Notes: generated from the letters alone by a model not told the origin. A DNA stretch of 37,200 nt from an uncultured Pseudomonadota bacterium (GCA_963843375.1 CAWJKT010000027.1:1-37200), one strand, 5' to 3'. Counted from the first letter of the stretch, positions 19,694 through 29,662 are shown. Numbers and translations: made by a program.

Positions 19694-20761
19694 ATGAAAA
19701 TAAATGATTTAAAAAAATGGTTCCGGCCCGCTGTACTTAAAATGAAGGGCTACATTCCCGGAGAACAGCCCAGGAACTATTCCACCGTTAAACTCAATAC
19801 CAATGAGAATCCCTTTCCACCTTCTCCCGCGGTTTTGAAGGCCGTTAAGGACCAGGCGGACTTCCGTTTGCGTCTTTATCCCGAACCGAGCGCCGATTCG
19901 CTTCGGAAGGCTTTGTCGAGGGTTTATCGATGGCCGCTGGAAGGCATTCTGGTTGGGAACGGATCGGACGAAATACTTTCTCTTTTGTTCCACGCGGCCT
20001 TAGGCAAGGGCGATTTGGTCCAATTTCCGGACATTACCTATAGTCTTTATCCCGTGCTGGCTGAAATCCGGGAGGCCCGGGTGAAGGAAGTGAAGTTGGA
20101 TGCCCATTGGGGCTTGGATTTTAAAAAACTTTCGTTGAAAGCCCGTTTGACCCTTTGGGGTTATCCTAACCCGCCGGTTGGAAATTGTTTCCCGAAACCC
20201 GAAATGAAGGCTTTTTGCCGCAAGGCCAAGGGTTTGGTTCTGATTGACGAAGCCTATGTAGATTTCGCTAAGGATGATTGCCGGGATATCGCCAGGGCCT
20301 GTCCTAATGTATTAATTCTCAGGACCATGTCTAAATCTTTTTCGCTCGCGGGGATGCGGTTGGGCTTTGTTTTCGGCAATCCGAGCGTAATCGCCCAACT
20401 CATGAAGGTGAAGGATTCCTACAACGTCAACCGTATCACCCAGGGGGTTGGCCTAGCGGCGTTGAGTTCCGAGGGATTGAAAGATATGAAGCAAAAGATG
20501 GGAAAAATCCGATTGGAACGCAACAGCTTGATTGAAGAATTGCGGGTCCTGGATTTCTTGGTTCCCGACAGCCATGCCAATTTCATCCTTGCTACCCGGC
20601 GGGGGAAACCCGACTCGGAGATTCTCTATAAAAGTCTCAAAAAAAAAGGTGTTTTGGTAAGATACTTCTCCCATCCAAGGCTCAAGGATTCCTTGAGGAT
20701 CACGGTGGGGACAACACAGCAAAACAGCAGGATTATCGCCGAACTCAAAAAGCTTCTTTAA
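19694..20761 (+). CDS. hisC: Histidinol-phosphate aminotransferase
   Basis: KLNTNENPF, GNGSDE, DEAYVDF, RTMSKSFSLAGMRLG. Confidence 0.94.
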   Translation: MKINDLKKWFRPAVLKMKGYIPGEQPRNYSTVKLNTNENPFPPSPAVLKAVKDQADFRLRLYPEPSADSLRKALSRVYRWPLEGILVGNGSDEILSLLFHAALGKGDLVQFPDITYSLYPVLAEIREARVKEVKLDAHWGLDFKKLSLKARLTLWGYPNPPVGNCFPKPEMKAFCRKAKGLVLIDEAYVDFAKDDCRDIARACPNVLILRTMSKSFSLAGMRLGFVFGNPSVIAQLMKVKDSYNVNRITQGVGLAALSSEGLKDMKQKMGKIRLERNSLIEELRVLDFLVPDSHANFILATRRGKPDSEILYKSLKKKGVLVRYFSHPRLKDSLRITVGTTQQNSRIIAELKKLL

Positions 20762-20777
20762 AAATCCGGAGCGTAAA

Positions 20778-21371
20778 ATGGCCAAACGAGTCGCGACTAT
20801 CAAACGAAAAACCAAAGAAACCCAAATTGAATTGACCTTGAACCTGGATGGGACGGGAATCTCTCACATCAAGAGTCCTGTTCCGTTTCTTAATCACATG
20901 CTGGAAGCTTTCAGCAAACACAGCGGTTTTGACCTCAAAGTGACGGCGAAGGGCGACACCCACATTGATGACCACCATACGGTTGAGGACATTGGAATTT
21001 GCCTGGGGATGGCTCTGGAAAAAGCTCTCGGCGAAAAGCACGGCATTTCCCGTTACGGATTTTTTTATGTTCCTTTGGACGAGGCGCTGGTGCGGTGTGT
21101 CGTTGATTTAAGCGGCCGAAATTACATCAACTTCTCCCTGGATTTGGTGCTCAAGAAACGCATTGGTAACTTTGACACTGAACTGGTGGAAGATTTTTTC
21201 CGGGCCGTTGTGGACAACGGTAAATTCAACTTGCACCTGGAAAAAATTCACGGTCGCAACAGCCATCACATCGTAGAAGCCGCCTTCAAAAGCTTTGCTA
21301 GATCTTTGAAAATGGCGGCTGCGGTGGATGACAAGGTGAAAGGCGCTCCCTCGACAAAAGGCAAACTTTAA
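20778..21371 (+). CDS. hisB: Imidazoleglycerol-phosphate dehydratase
   Basis: RKTKET, FLNHML, DDHHTVED, NSHHIVEAAFK, PSTKG. Confidence 0.96.
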   Translation: MAKRVATIKRKTKETQIELTLNLDGTGISHIKSPVPFLNHMLEAFSKHSGFDLKVTAKGDTHIDDHHTVEDIGICLGMALEKALGEKHGISRYGFFYVPLDEALVRCVVDLSGRNYINFSLDLVLKKRIGNFDTELVEDFFRAVVDNGKFNLHLEKIHGRNSHHIVEAAFKSFARSLKMAAAVDDKVKGAPSTKGKL

Positions 21372-21465
21372 ACCCATATCCAACACGAAGCCATAAAGAC
21401 ACGAAGAAGAAAAAATGATTTAGGGTTGAATTCGACCGTTGATTTGGACTGGTTTGGAGAATTAT

Positions 21466-22077
21466 ATGATTACCGTTGTGGATTATGGAGTTGGTAACCT
21501 TCATAGCGTTGCCAAAGCCCTGGAAAAGGTCGGGGCCGATATCCGCGTGACCTCCGATTGGAAAGATGTGGAAAAATCCGATGGGGTTGTGCTTCCGGGT
21601 GTGGGGGCTTTTAAGGATTCGATGGACGCCATGCACCGTTCCGAACTGGCCAAAGCCATAATTGCTTACATCAACTCGGGTAAGCCTTTTTTAGGGGTCT
21701 GCGTTGGGTTGCAAATGCTTTTCGCGGAAAGCGAGGAATTCGGATTTTCCAAGGGTCTTGGTGTATTTCCAGGCCGGGTGGTTAAATTCTCTCCGGGCCA
21801 AAAAGTACCCCACATGGGGTGGAACCAAATTAAAATCAAGAAAGACTTGAACCCTCTTTTAAAAGGGTTGAAGGACGGGGATTATCTTTACTTCGTCCAT
21901 TCTTATTATGTGGTGCCTAAGGATTCCTCTATTGTCGCGGTGGAAACTAACTATGGCGTCGATTTCACGTGTATGGTTTGGGAAAAGAATGTATTTGGTA
22001 CCCAGTTTCACCCCGAGAAAAGTCAAACTGTAGGCCTGAAAATTTACGAGAATTTCAAAAACCTAGTCATCGCGTAA
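21466..22077 (+). CDS. hisH: IGP synthase glutaminase subunit
   Basis: VDYGVGNL, LPGVGAF, GVCVGLQ, PHMGWN, YFVHSY, QFHPEKS. Start taken at ATG 21466 after GGAGA. Confidence 0.95.
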   Translation: MITVVDYGVGNLHSVAKALEKVGADIRVTSDWKDVEKSDGVVLPGVGAFKDSMDAMHRSELAKAIIAYINSGKPFLGVCVGLQMLFAESEEFGFSKGLGVFPGRVVKFSPGQKVPHMGWNQIKIKKDLNPLLKGLKDGDYLYFVHSYYVVPKDSSIVAVETNYGVDFTCMVWEKNVFGTQFHPEKSQTVGLKIYENFKNLVIA

Positions 22078-22086
22078 AGGAAGGCT

Positions 22087-22842
22087 ATGTACGTTATACC
22101 GGCAATCGACATTCGCAAGGGCCGTTGTGTGCGACTGGTGCAAGGTGATTTAAGGGATGAAACGGTTTATTCCCAGGAACCCGTATCGGTCGCCAAACTA
22201 TGGAAATTAAAAGGCGCCAAACGGCTTCACGTTATCGATTTGGACGGGGCTTTTTCGGGTAAACTGGCCAACCTGGATTATGTGAAGGAAATCATCAAAG
22301 CCACCGATCTCAAGGTGCAGGTAGGCGGTGGAATCCGCGACCTTAAAACCATCGAAAAAGTGCTTTCCATCGGAGTGGATTTCGTCATTTTAGGGACTTC
22401 GGCGGTCCAGAATAAAGATTTCGTCAAGGAAGCGGTTAAGGAATACAGCAAATCCATTATCGCCGGAATCGACGCGAAAAAAGGCATGGTGGCCATCAAG
22501 GGTTGGAAGCAGGTCACGAAGGTGAAGGCGGTGGATCTGGCCAAGGAAATGGTGGAACTAGGTGTCGGATCCATCATCTTCACGGATATCCAACGAGACG
22601 GCATGCTGGAGGGGCCTAATTTCAAAAGTACCAAGGAATTGGCGCGCGCGGTTAAGGTGCCCGTAATCGCCTCGGGTGGAATGTCGGACTATAAGGACAT
22701 CGAACACGCCAAACGGTTGGAAAAATACGGGATCACCTCGGTCATCATTGGCAAGGCCCTTTACACCGGCAAGATTGACTTGAAGCAGGCTATCAAGATC
22801 GCTAAGGAACCCATGTCGCCCCGTGTCCGGAAGAAAAAATAA
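22087..22842 (+). CDS. hisA: ProFAR isomerase
   Basis: [49 protein letters not shown]. Confidence 0.95.
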   Translation: MYVIPAIDIRKGRCVRLVQGDLRDETVYSQEPVSVAKLWKLKGAKRLHVIDLDGAFSGKLANLDYVKEIIKATDLKVQVGGGIRDLKTIEKVLSIGVDFVILGTSAVQNKDFVKEAVKEYSKSIIAGIDAKKGMVAIKGWKQVTKVKAVDLAKEMVELGVGSIIFTDIQRDGMLEGPNFKSTKELARAVKVPVIASGGMSDYKDIEHAKRLEKYGITSVIIGKALYTGKIDLKQAIKIAKEPMSPRVRKKK

Positions 22843-23612
22843 TGCTGGCTAAGCGTGTCATTCCCTGCCTGGATGTCAAGGAAGGTCGTGTCGTCAAAGG
22901 GGTCAAGTTCGAGAACCTGCGCGATGCGGGTGATCCGGTGGAAATCGCCAAACAATACGACGCAGAAGAAGCGGATGAGCTGGTGTTCCTTGATATCACC
23001 GCTTCACACGAGAAAAGAAACATCCTGTTGGATGTAGTCACCCGCACGGCGGAAGCCGTATTTATGCCTTTAACAGTGGGCGGTGGGGTGCGCACAACGG
23101 ATGATATTCGAATCCTACTCAAGTCCGGCGCGGACAAGGTTTCCCTAAATACCCGGGCAGTCGAGAATCCGCAAGTGCTAAAGGATGGCGCGGAAAAATT
23201 CGGCGCCCAATGTATTGTCCTAGCCATTGATGCCAAGCGCCGAGACCCCAACGATCCTTCTAAGGGCTGGGAAGTTTTCACCCATGGCGGCCGAACGGCT
23301 ACGGGTAAAGACGCTATGGAATGGGCCCAACAAGGCGTAGAATTGGGGGCGGGGGAAATCCTTTTGACCAGCATGGATCAGGATGGAACCAAGAACGGTT
23401 ATGACCTGGAACTGACATGTGCTATTTCCGAGAAGGTTTCGGTGCCGGTAATCGCTTCCGGCGGGGTTGGGAACCTGGATCATTTGGCGGATGGTATCCT
23501 CAAAGGAAAGGCTGACGCTGTACTCGCGGCTTCTATATTTCATTACAGGGAGTATTCGGTGAGACAGGCGAAAGAATATCTCAAGTATAAAAATATTCCG
23601 GTTCGCTTATGA
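22842..23612 (+). CDS. hisF: IGP synthase cyclase subunit
   Basis: [45 protein letters not shown]. Confidence 0.97.
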   Translation: MLAKRVIPCLDVKEGRVVKGVKFENLRDAGDPVEIAKQYDAEEADELVFLDITASHEKRNILLDVVTRTAEAVFMPLTVGGGVRTTDDIRILLKSGADKVSLNTRAVENPQVLKDGAEKFGAQCIVLAIDAKRRDPNDPSKGWEVFTHGGRTATGKDAMEWAQQGVELGAGEILLTSMDQDGTKNGYDLELTCAISEKVSVPVIASGGVGNLDHLADGILKGKADAVLAASIFHYREYSVRQAKEYLKYKNIPVRL

Positions 23613-23878
23613 GCCTCCCCAAAGACGTCGTTAAAAGGCTGCAGTTGCTTGTCCAGGACAACGTGAATAAATACTTCGGCCCTTTGAAACCCGCGGAGAA
23701 GACCCCGGACAAGGTTAAATTCTTCGCCCAAAAGCAGTTGGATTTTTTTATCAATGGGATTGTGAAAGAAATGCCCGAATTGAGGGTGAAATGGGCGAAC
23801 GGCCATCCCTATCATGTGCATTTGCGGATGACTCCCGTGGCCAATAAGTTTGAAGTCGAGGTTAGCTGCGACGAGTAG
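23609..23878 (+). CDS. Hypothetical protein (89 aa), paralog of the next gene
   Basis: ATGA overlap with hisF. Shares EKT, FA.KQLDFF and W.NGHP with 23887..24168. Confidence 0.75.
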   Translation: MSLPKDVVKRLQLLVQDNVNKYFGPLKPAEKTPDKVKFFAQKQLDFFINGIVKEMPELRVKWANGHPYHVHLRMTPVANKFEVEVSCDE

Positions 23879-23886
23879 GAGAGGTT

Positions 23887-24168
23887 ATGCCGGAAACCAG
23901 CAGCATTCTTTCCCAAATGGAGAAACTGATCCGCAAGAATGTCGTCATGCATTTCGCGAGCAAACCTAACTCGGAAAAAACCCTTGAAAACGTCGAGATC
24001 TTTGCGAAAAAACAGTTGGATTTTTTCATGGCCGAAGTTATGAAAAACAACCCGGGTTTGCAAAGAGGTTGGAAGAACGGCCATCCCTTCGTGGCGAGGG
24101 CAGCCATCAACAAAGAAACCTTGAGTTTTGAAATTAAAATCGTGGAAAAAGAACCAGGGAAGTATTAA
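23887..24168 (+). CDS. Hypothetical protein (93 aa), paralog of the previous gene
   Basis: RBS AGGAGAGG and the same conserved motifs. Confidence 0.78.
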   Translation: MPETSSILSQMEKLIRKNVVMHFASKPNSEKTLENVEIFAKKQLDFFMAEVMKNNPGLQRGWKNGHPFVARAAINKETLSFEIKIVEKEPGKY

Positions 24169-24196
24169 GCCGGGACTGCTGTAAACTAAAGGTCTT

Positions 24197-24646
24197 ATGA
24201 ACGAACCAATTCCACCCAACCCTAAAAAGCGATTTACGAAATTCAAATTGGTCTTGTACCTGCTTGCCGCGTTGGGGTTTATCTGGTTAGGAATCCAGGC
24301 CTATTGGGGGTATTTCAAGCTCAAAATTTGGCTTGCCGGTTTCGGAACGGGAGCCTTTTGGATATTGGGGCTCATTGGCGGATTCATATATTTTCACTCG
24401 GCCCATCGGATCTACGAACGCATCAAGGAGATGCCGGGGGGGATCAAAAAGGCCGGGGGTTACACGGCTTTTTCCATGGGCCTGCTAGTGATTAACCCGC
24501 TCCCATGGAGTTTGGTCCTTTGGATTTTTTTGCCCCCGGGGAGCCTCAAAACCGCCGGTCATTGGTTTTTCATCGGTTGTTCCGTGGCGGGGGGAATCGT
24601 GATTTTGTTGGAACGCCTGTTCGCTAAAAAATCCCCTGCTAAATAA
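24197..24646 (+). CDS. Hypothetical membrane protein (~4 TM)
   Basis: Four hydrophobic segments with basic termini. Operon spacing. Confidence 0.7.
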   Translation: MNEPIPPNPKKRFTKFKLVLYLLAALGFIWLGIQAYWGYFKLKIWLAGFGTGAFWILGLIGGFIYFHSAHRIYERIKEMPGGIKKAGGYTAFSMGLLVINPLPWSLVLWIFLPPGSLKTAGHWFFIGCSVAGGIVILLERLFAKKSPAK

Positions 24647-24734
24647 GCCCTTCTAAAAAAACATTTAAAATCTCCTTTCTTTTTGAAACCAGAAAGCTTA
24701 ATTTAACGCCTCATTTTATCGCGGGAGGAAAACC

Positions 24735-25121
24735 ATGAGCTGGATTGATACCTTGAAGTTCCAAGAAGACGGATTGATTCCCGTGATCGCGCAGGACGCA
24801 AAGAGCGGTGAAATCCTCATGTTTGCCTTCGCCAACCGCGAATCCCTTGAGTATACGGTGAAGACCGGCAATGTCACCTATTGGAGTCGCAGCCGCAAGA
24901 AACTCTGGAAAAAAGGCGAGGAATCCGGAAATGTCCAGAAACTGCAGGGCCTTTATACCGATTGCGACAAAGACGCGATTCTGGTAAAAATAGAACAAGT
25001 TGGGGAAGCGGCCTGCCATACGGGCAAGCGTTCCTGTTTCTTCAACGAGTTATCAGGCGACAACTGGAAGGACGTGGGTATCCAGGTTTTCGACCCTGAA
25101 AAGGTTTACGGACACAAATGA
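24735..25121 (+). CDS. hisI: Phosphoribosyl-AMP cyclohydrolase (monofunctional, no HisE domain)
   Basis: GLIPVIAQD, YWSRSR..LW.KGEESG, DCDKD, ACHTG..SCF. Confidence 0.95.
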   Translation: MSWIDTLKFQEDGLIPVIAQDAKSGEILMFAFANRESLEYTVKTGNVTYWSRSRKKLWKKGEESGNVQKLQGLYTDCDKDAILVKIEQVGEAACHTGKRSCFFNELSGDNWKDVGIQVFDPEKVYGHK

Positions 25122-25177
25122 AAACTTTACTTGGATTGAATTTGAACCATTGGCGTAGCCCTCTTTGGCTCTCTTAA
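25118..25177 (+). CDS. Putative trp leader peptide MKTLLGLNLNHWRSPLWLS
   Basis: ATG 25118 overlaps the hisI TGA. TGG codons at 25151 and 25166, TAA at 25175-25177. Directly upstream of trpE. Confidence 0.55.
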   Translation: MKTLLGLNLNHWRSPLWLS

Positions 25178-25231
25178 GAGCCTGGGATAGCTGTTGCCGT
25201 AATTCAAATTTTAAACCAAGGGGGTTTTCAT
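25118..25231 (+). promoter_or_regulatory. Long RNA hairpin sequestering the trpE Shine-Dalgarno
   Basis: ATGAAAAC/GTTTTCAT, CTTGG/CCAAG, AATTTGAA/TTCAAATT, GGCGTAGC/GCTGTTGCC, and apical GGCTCT-CTTA-AGAGCC. Confidence 0.6.
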
Positions 25232-25232
25232 C

Positions 25233-26795
25233 ATGAAAAAGTCATCTATTTCCAACGTTGTTCCATCCTTCGAAGATTTTCACAAACTCGCGCATTCCTA
25301 CAATCGCATTCCGGTATCACTTGCCTATCAATCGGACCTCGAAACCCCGCTTTCAGCCTACCTCAAACTGGTAAAGGGCGAAAACGGCTTTCTCTTGGAA
25401 AGCGTCGAGAAAAACGAACAGGTTGCTCGATATTCCATTGTGGGATTTGAACCTTCGGGTGTTTTCGAGGCCAAAAATGGTTTTTTGAATCACCGGGAGG
25501 GAAAACAAAAGAACATCCTTCGCTGTTCCAACCCTTTTCAAAACATCAAAGAAAAAGTTTCGTCTATCCGCCAAGCTCCATTGGATGGGGTGACGGGTTT
25601 TCTGGGTGGTTTGGTCGGGTTCGTCGGGTATGATGCGGTTCGATATTTCGAGAAATTGCCGCAACAAAAACCGGATCTATTGGATCTGCCGGACCTTTAC
25701 CTGATGGTAACTGACAATCTCGCCCTTTTTGACCATTTGAAGCGCACCTTGCGTTTAGTCGTGAACGTCCCCATCGAAGCCAAGACCAACCTCAAAATGA
25801 TTTATGCTAAAGCTATAAAAAAATTGGAAAGATTATCCAGAAAAATGGAAGAGCCCTTGAAGGGGGTATCCGAAATACCCGTAACCCCTTTGGAAAAGCC
25901 CGGGCCTAACGATTTGTTCGGTTTCGAATCCAACATGACCGCTGAGTCTTTTGGGAACATGGTGGATCAATCCAAGGAATATATTCGGGCCGGGGATATC
26001 ATCCAGGTAGTAGGCTCCCAGCGATTCGAAAAAGAAATCCAAACCGATGCCGTGACCGTCTACCGGGTTCTGAGGCGTTTAAACCCCTCCCCTTATATGT
26101 TCATCCTAAAAGCGGATGATGTGGAATTGGTGGGCTCCTCTCCCGAAATGATGATCAAAGTTCAAAACGGCGTTGTTGAAACTAGGCCAATCGCGGGAAG
26201 CCGACCGCGTGGCAGGACGCCCGAAGAGGATATGGCTTTGGCTGAGAGTCTCCTGAAAGACCAAAAAGAACTAGCCGAGCATGTCATGCTGGTGGACTTG
26301 GCGCGCAATGATCTGGGGCGGGTCTGTGATTTTGGTTCGGTTAAGGTGAATCAATTCGAAATCGTGGAACGTTATTCCCATATTATGCATATAGTTTCCG
26401 ATGTGAAAGGAAAATTGAAAAAGGACAAGTCATCCTACGATGCTTTCCAATCCTGTTTTCCGGCGGGCACCTTGTCTGGAGCCCCCAAAATTCGGGCTAT
26501 GGAGATAATCGAGGAATTGGAGCGTTCCCGCCGGGGCCTTTACGGCGGGGCGGTCGTGGCTTTTGGCTTCGACGGTAACATGGATTCGGCCATTACCATC
26601 CGTTCGGTTGTATTAAAGAGCCACGGTAAGAAGAGAATGGCTTACGTACAGGCCGGGGCGGGATTAGTTGCGGATTCAGTTTCAGAGAGTGAGTATATGG
26701 AATCCTGCAATAAGGCCCGGGCGGTTTTAATGGCCGTTCACCAGGCTGAAATCGCCACAAAAGTTAAAGGTGTTCGGAAAGGGGGCAGGTCATGA
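25233..26795 (+). CDS. trpE: Anthranilate synthase component I
   Basis: [67 protein letters not shown]. The LLES and NPSPYM Trp-feedback motifs are present. Confidence 0.92.
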   Translation: MKKSSISNVVPSFEDFHKLAHSYNRIPVSLAYQSDLETPLSAYLKLVKGENGFLLESVEKNEQVARYSIVGFEPSGVFEAKNGFLNHREGKQKNILRCSNPFQNIKEKVSSIRQAPLDGVTGFLGGLVGFVGYDAVRYFEKLPQQKPDLLDLPDLYLMVTDNLALFDHLKRTLRLVVNVPIEAKTNLKMIYAKAIKKLERLSRKMEEPLKGVSEIPVTPLEKPGPNDLFGFESNMTAESFGNMVDQSKEYIRAGDIIQVVGSQRFEKEIQTDAVTVYRVLRRLNPSPYMFILKADDVELVGSSPEMMIKVQNGVVETRPIAGSRPRGRTPEEDMALAESLLKDQKELAEHVMLVDLARNDLGRVCDFGSVKVNQFEIVERYSHIMHIVSDVKGKLKKDKSSYDAFQSCFPAGTLSGAPKIRAMEIIEELERSRRGLYGGAVVAFGFDGNMDSAITIRSVVLKSHGKKRMAYVQAGAGLVADSVSESEYMESCNKARAVLMAVHQAEIATKVKGVRKGGRS

Positions 26796-27355
26796 TCCTT
26801 ATTATCGATAATTATGACTCCTTCACCTACAACATCGTGCAATACCTCGGAGAATTGGGCGCCGATATTCAAGTGGTCCGCAATGACGAAATCACTGTGG
26901 CTGATATTCTTAAAAGAAATCCGACCCACGTTCTTATTTCACCTGGTCCCTGTTCGCCTAAGGAAGCTGGTATATCGGTAGATACAATCAAACAATTGGC
27001 AGGCAAAGTTCCTATCCTGGGTGTTTGCCTTGGACATCAAAGTATCGGTTATGCTTTCGGCGGGGAAATTATCCGGGCCAAACAACTCATGCATGGTAAA
27101 ACCAGCCAGATAGCCCACGACGGCAAGGGCGTCTTTAAAGGGCTTCCCAATCCTTTTCAGGCGACCCGCTACCATTCGTTGGTTATCAAAAAGGAAACCC
27201 TTCCGGATTGCCTGGAGGTGACGGCTACCAGCGAGGATGGAGAGATTATGGGGGTTCGCCACAAGACCCTTCCGGTTGAAGGGGTACAATTCCATCCTGA
27301 ATCCATTTTGACCGAGTCGGGAAAGGCGCTCCTTAAGAACTTCTTGGATTCTTAA
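26792..27355 (+). CDS. trpG: Anthranilate synthase component II (TrpG/PabA-type glutamine amidotransferase)
   Basis: [32 protein letters not shown]. Confidence 0.9.
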   Translation: MILIIDNYDSFTYNIVQYLGELGADIQVVRNDEITVADILKRNPTHVLISPGPCSPKEAGISVDTIKQLAGKVPILGVCLGHQSIGYAFGGEIIRAKQLMHGKTSQIAHDGKGVFKGLPNPFQATRYHSLVIKKETLPDCLEVTATSEDGEIMGVRHKTLPVEGVQFHPESILTESGKALLKNFLDS

Positions 27356-27504
27356 CCTATACTTAAAAAGTTTTTTTTAGCATCTTGTTAAACTGATTGG
27401 CCTTTTGGGAACCGCATGAAATTACGGATAAGCTGGAGTTTCCGTCCTTTCGGTTGCTTTCAACGGCTTTTCACGGGGCATCCCTTTCTTTTTAAGGCCG
27501 AAGA

Positions 27505-28347
27505 ATGGTTAAGTTAAAACAAAAGAATAGTTGGATCGTCTATATAGGCACAGGCGGATTGGTTATCGTTGGAGTTTTGGGGTGGTTCCAATGCCGAAAA
27601 TCCAACGACCCTTACTGCCATGTTTTCCTTTATCAGAATGATAAAGGGACCGAGGTTTTAACGCCAGGTAAAACCGTAGGGGATGTCCTGCGGGAACAGG
27701 GCATCGCCTTGAAATCCCAGGACGTTGTGGTTCCGGAACTTTCAACGCCGGTTACTGAAGGGATGGAGATCGATTTAGGTCTTCTGGAACGCCGGGTTAA
27801 GGACGTTAAAAAGAAAATAAGCGCAGTAGTTCATACGGAATATACGGACACCTTAAATGTCGGCGAAATTATCGATGTCGAACCCGGCCAGGATGGAGAG
27901 GAAGAGCAACAGATCGAATCTTATTATTTGGACGGCGAGGAAGCTTTTGAAAAAGTCCTGAATTCAAAGGTTTTGACCCCCGCGAAGGATGCTAAAGTAC
28001 TGGAAGGGACGTCCCTCCGGCAGAAATTATACCCGCTCAAAAAGCGGGCCCGTGTCCGGAAAGTCATTACGATGGAGGCGACCGCTTACTATCCGGGTCC
28101 GGAGGATACTTGGCCTTACGCTTCGGGAACCACGGCCTCCGGGCTCAAGGCGGGTTATGGGGTTGTGGCGGTGGATACGCGGTTTATCCATTTCAAGACG
28201 CCGCTATACATTGAGGGATATGGCTATGCCATCGCGGCGGATAGGGGCGGTGCCATCAAGGGAAACAAAATTGATTTATGTTACGACACTTACGAAGAGG
28301 CGGTCCATTTTGGACGTAAGAACGTTAAGGTTTATATATTGCATTGA
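27505..28347 (+). CDS. DUF348-G5-3D domain cell-wall protein (YabE/SpsB-like)
   Basis: N-terminal TM. TVGDVLREQGI..D.V.P (DUF348), G5-like PGQDGEEEQ, and 3D motif ATAY...TASG...VAVD...AADRGGAIKGNKIDL. Confidence 0.85.
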   Translation: MVKLKQKNSWIVYIGTGGLVIVGVLGWFQCRKSNDPYCHVFLYQNDKGTEVLTPGKTVGDVLREQGIALKSQDVVVPELSTPVTEGMEIDLGLLERRVKDVKKKISAVVHTEYTDTLNVGEIIDVEPGQDGEEEQQIESYYLDGEEAFEKVLNSKVLTPAKDAKVLEGTSLRQKLYPLKKRARVRKVITMEATAYYPGPEDTWPYASGTTASGLKAGYGVVAVDTRFIHFKTPLYIEGYGYAIAADRGGAIKGNKIDLCYDTYEEAVHFGRKNVKVYILH

Positions 28348-29456
28348 GATATTGTTTCTTCTGATGGCTCCCGCTTTATGGGCCCAGTCGAATACACCCG
28401 CTCCTTCAACTGTCCCAGGGCAAAACCCTTCTCTTTCTTTGACAGCCACGCCCACTTTCACTTTTACGGCCGTTAATACCGATACCCCTACCGAAGTTGA
28501 AACGAATACTGCCACCAACAGCCCGACTAATACTCCATCCGACACTCCCACCGAAAATCCATTTGCGACACCGACTTGGACTAACACATGGGACCCTTAT
28601 GCTACCGACACTCCCACGCCGGGTTCCCCCACCGCCACTTTTACCTCCACGCCGACCGGTACCCCGACTCCCACTGGAACCATTTCCCCTTCAATGACTT
28701 TCACCCCCACATTGACGAATACCCCCAGCATCTCCCGGGCATCCCTGGTGATGTTGCCGACGGCCTTTTCCAACGGTTGGGACCATCAGGATGGGTTCAA
28801 CTGGAATATTGATTTCACCTATTTCATCGGAAGCATCATCTCCAGGGACACTTCCGAGCCTTATCTGGATTCCTTGGAGGAAATTAGCCTGGCGATGTTA
28901 TCCACCGATGTGAAATACGCCTGGCTGAACGAGGATGGGGACAGGCCTGGATCCGCTATCGGATTCATGTATTCACTGGCGGCCCAGACAGGATCGGGTA
29001 ATTCTAGTTCGGGATCCAGTGATCAAAGCTTCCAGGTGTCGGGCAATACCATGGGAGGGGTTTATACCGTCTTGAGTAAAACCATCTCCTATAAAACCGC
29101 TGTTCACATGGGATATATCTATGGGTTGGAAAAAACGGGCCTTGTCAGCTTGAATTATTCTCAACTCCTGCCATTTTTGGATACCAATCTTCAAACCACA
29201 ATAACGAATGATGGAGCATCCACCCCGCCTAGTATCTTTTATACCGGGTTTCAACAGCTATTTTTGGGGCCGGAATTGGAAGTTTGAAATTTGGAAACCC
29301 TTCCCCATGGATCAAAATCCCGTTCTTTTCAACACCCAAATCGACGGCTTGCCTCTGGCCTTTAACCTGGGTTATATGCGTTGGGACACGGGTTTCGCGG
29401 TGCTGGGATACGTTAATGTTCCCATTACCCTCATTCCTTCGACCCCCCCTTATTAG
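28310..29456 (+). CDS. Exported Thr/Pro-rich protein with an aromatic beta-rich C-terminal domain; one frameshift near 29250
   Basis: TTG start after GAAGAGG, signal peptide ...APALWA-Q, then ~100 aa of TPT/TNT repeats. Removing one base from GGGTTT joins YTGFNSYFWGRNWKFEIW...TPPY. Confidence 0.65.
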
Positions 29457-29662
29457 AAATCAAAAAGAAACGAGCTGTTTATTTTTTAATTGAAATAAGC
29501 TGGCCCCATTCCTAAAACGGGCCTTCTGACCGATTTCATTGTATCCTTGGGAACATATTTCGGATGTGGGGAGGGTTTGACCAGCCCGCCTCCACGAAGT
29601 TTTATTTTGGATTTATTCGGGTTATGGGGAAATCCCAAAAATTAATCGAGGAATCCTTCGTT

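Noticed and set aside
27356..27504. Possible c-di-AMP (ydaO) riboswitch upstream of the 3D-domain gene
   Set aside because: The conserved ydaO sequence elements could not be identified.
28420..28730. Repetitive ACx/CCx DNA as a possible CRISPR or tandem array
   Set aside because: Encodes the Thr/Pro linker. There is no fixed repeat-spacer structure, and no CRISPR array was seen in the window.
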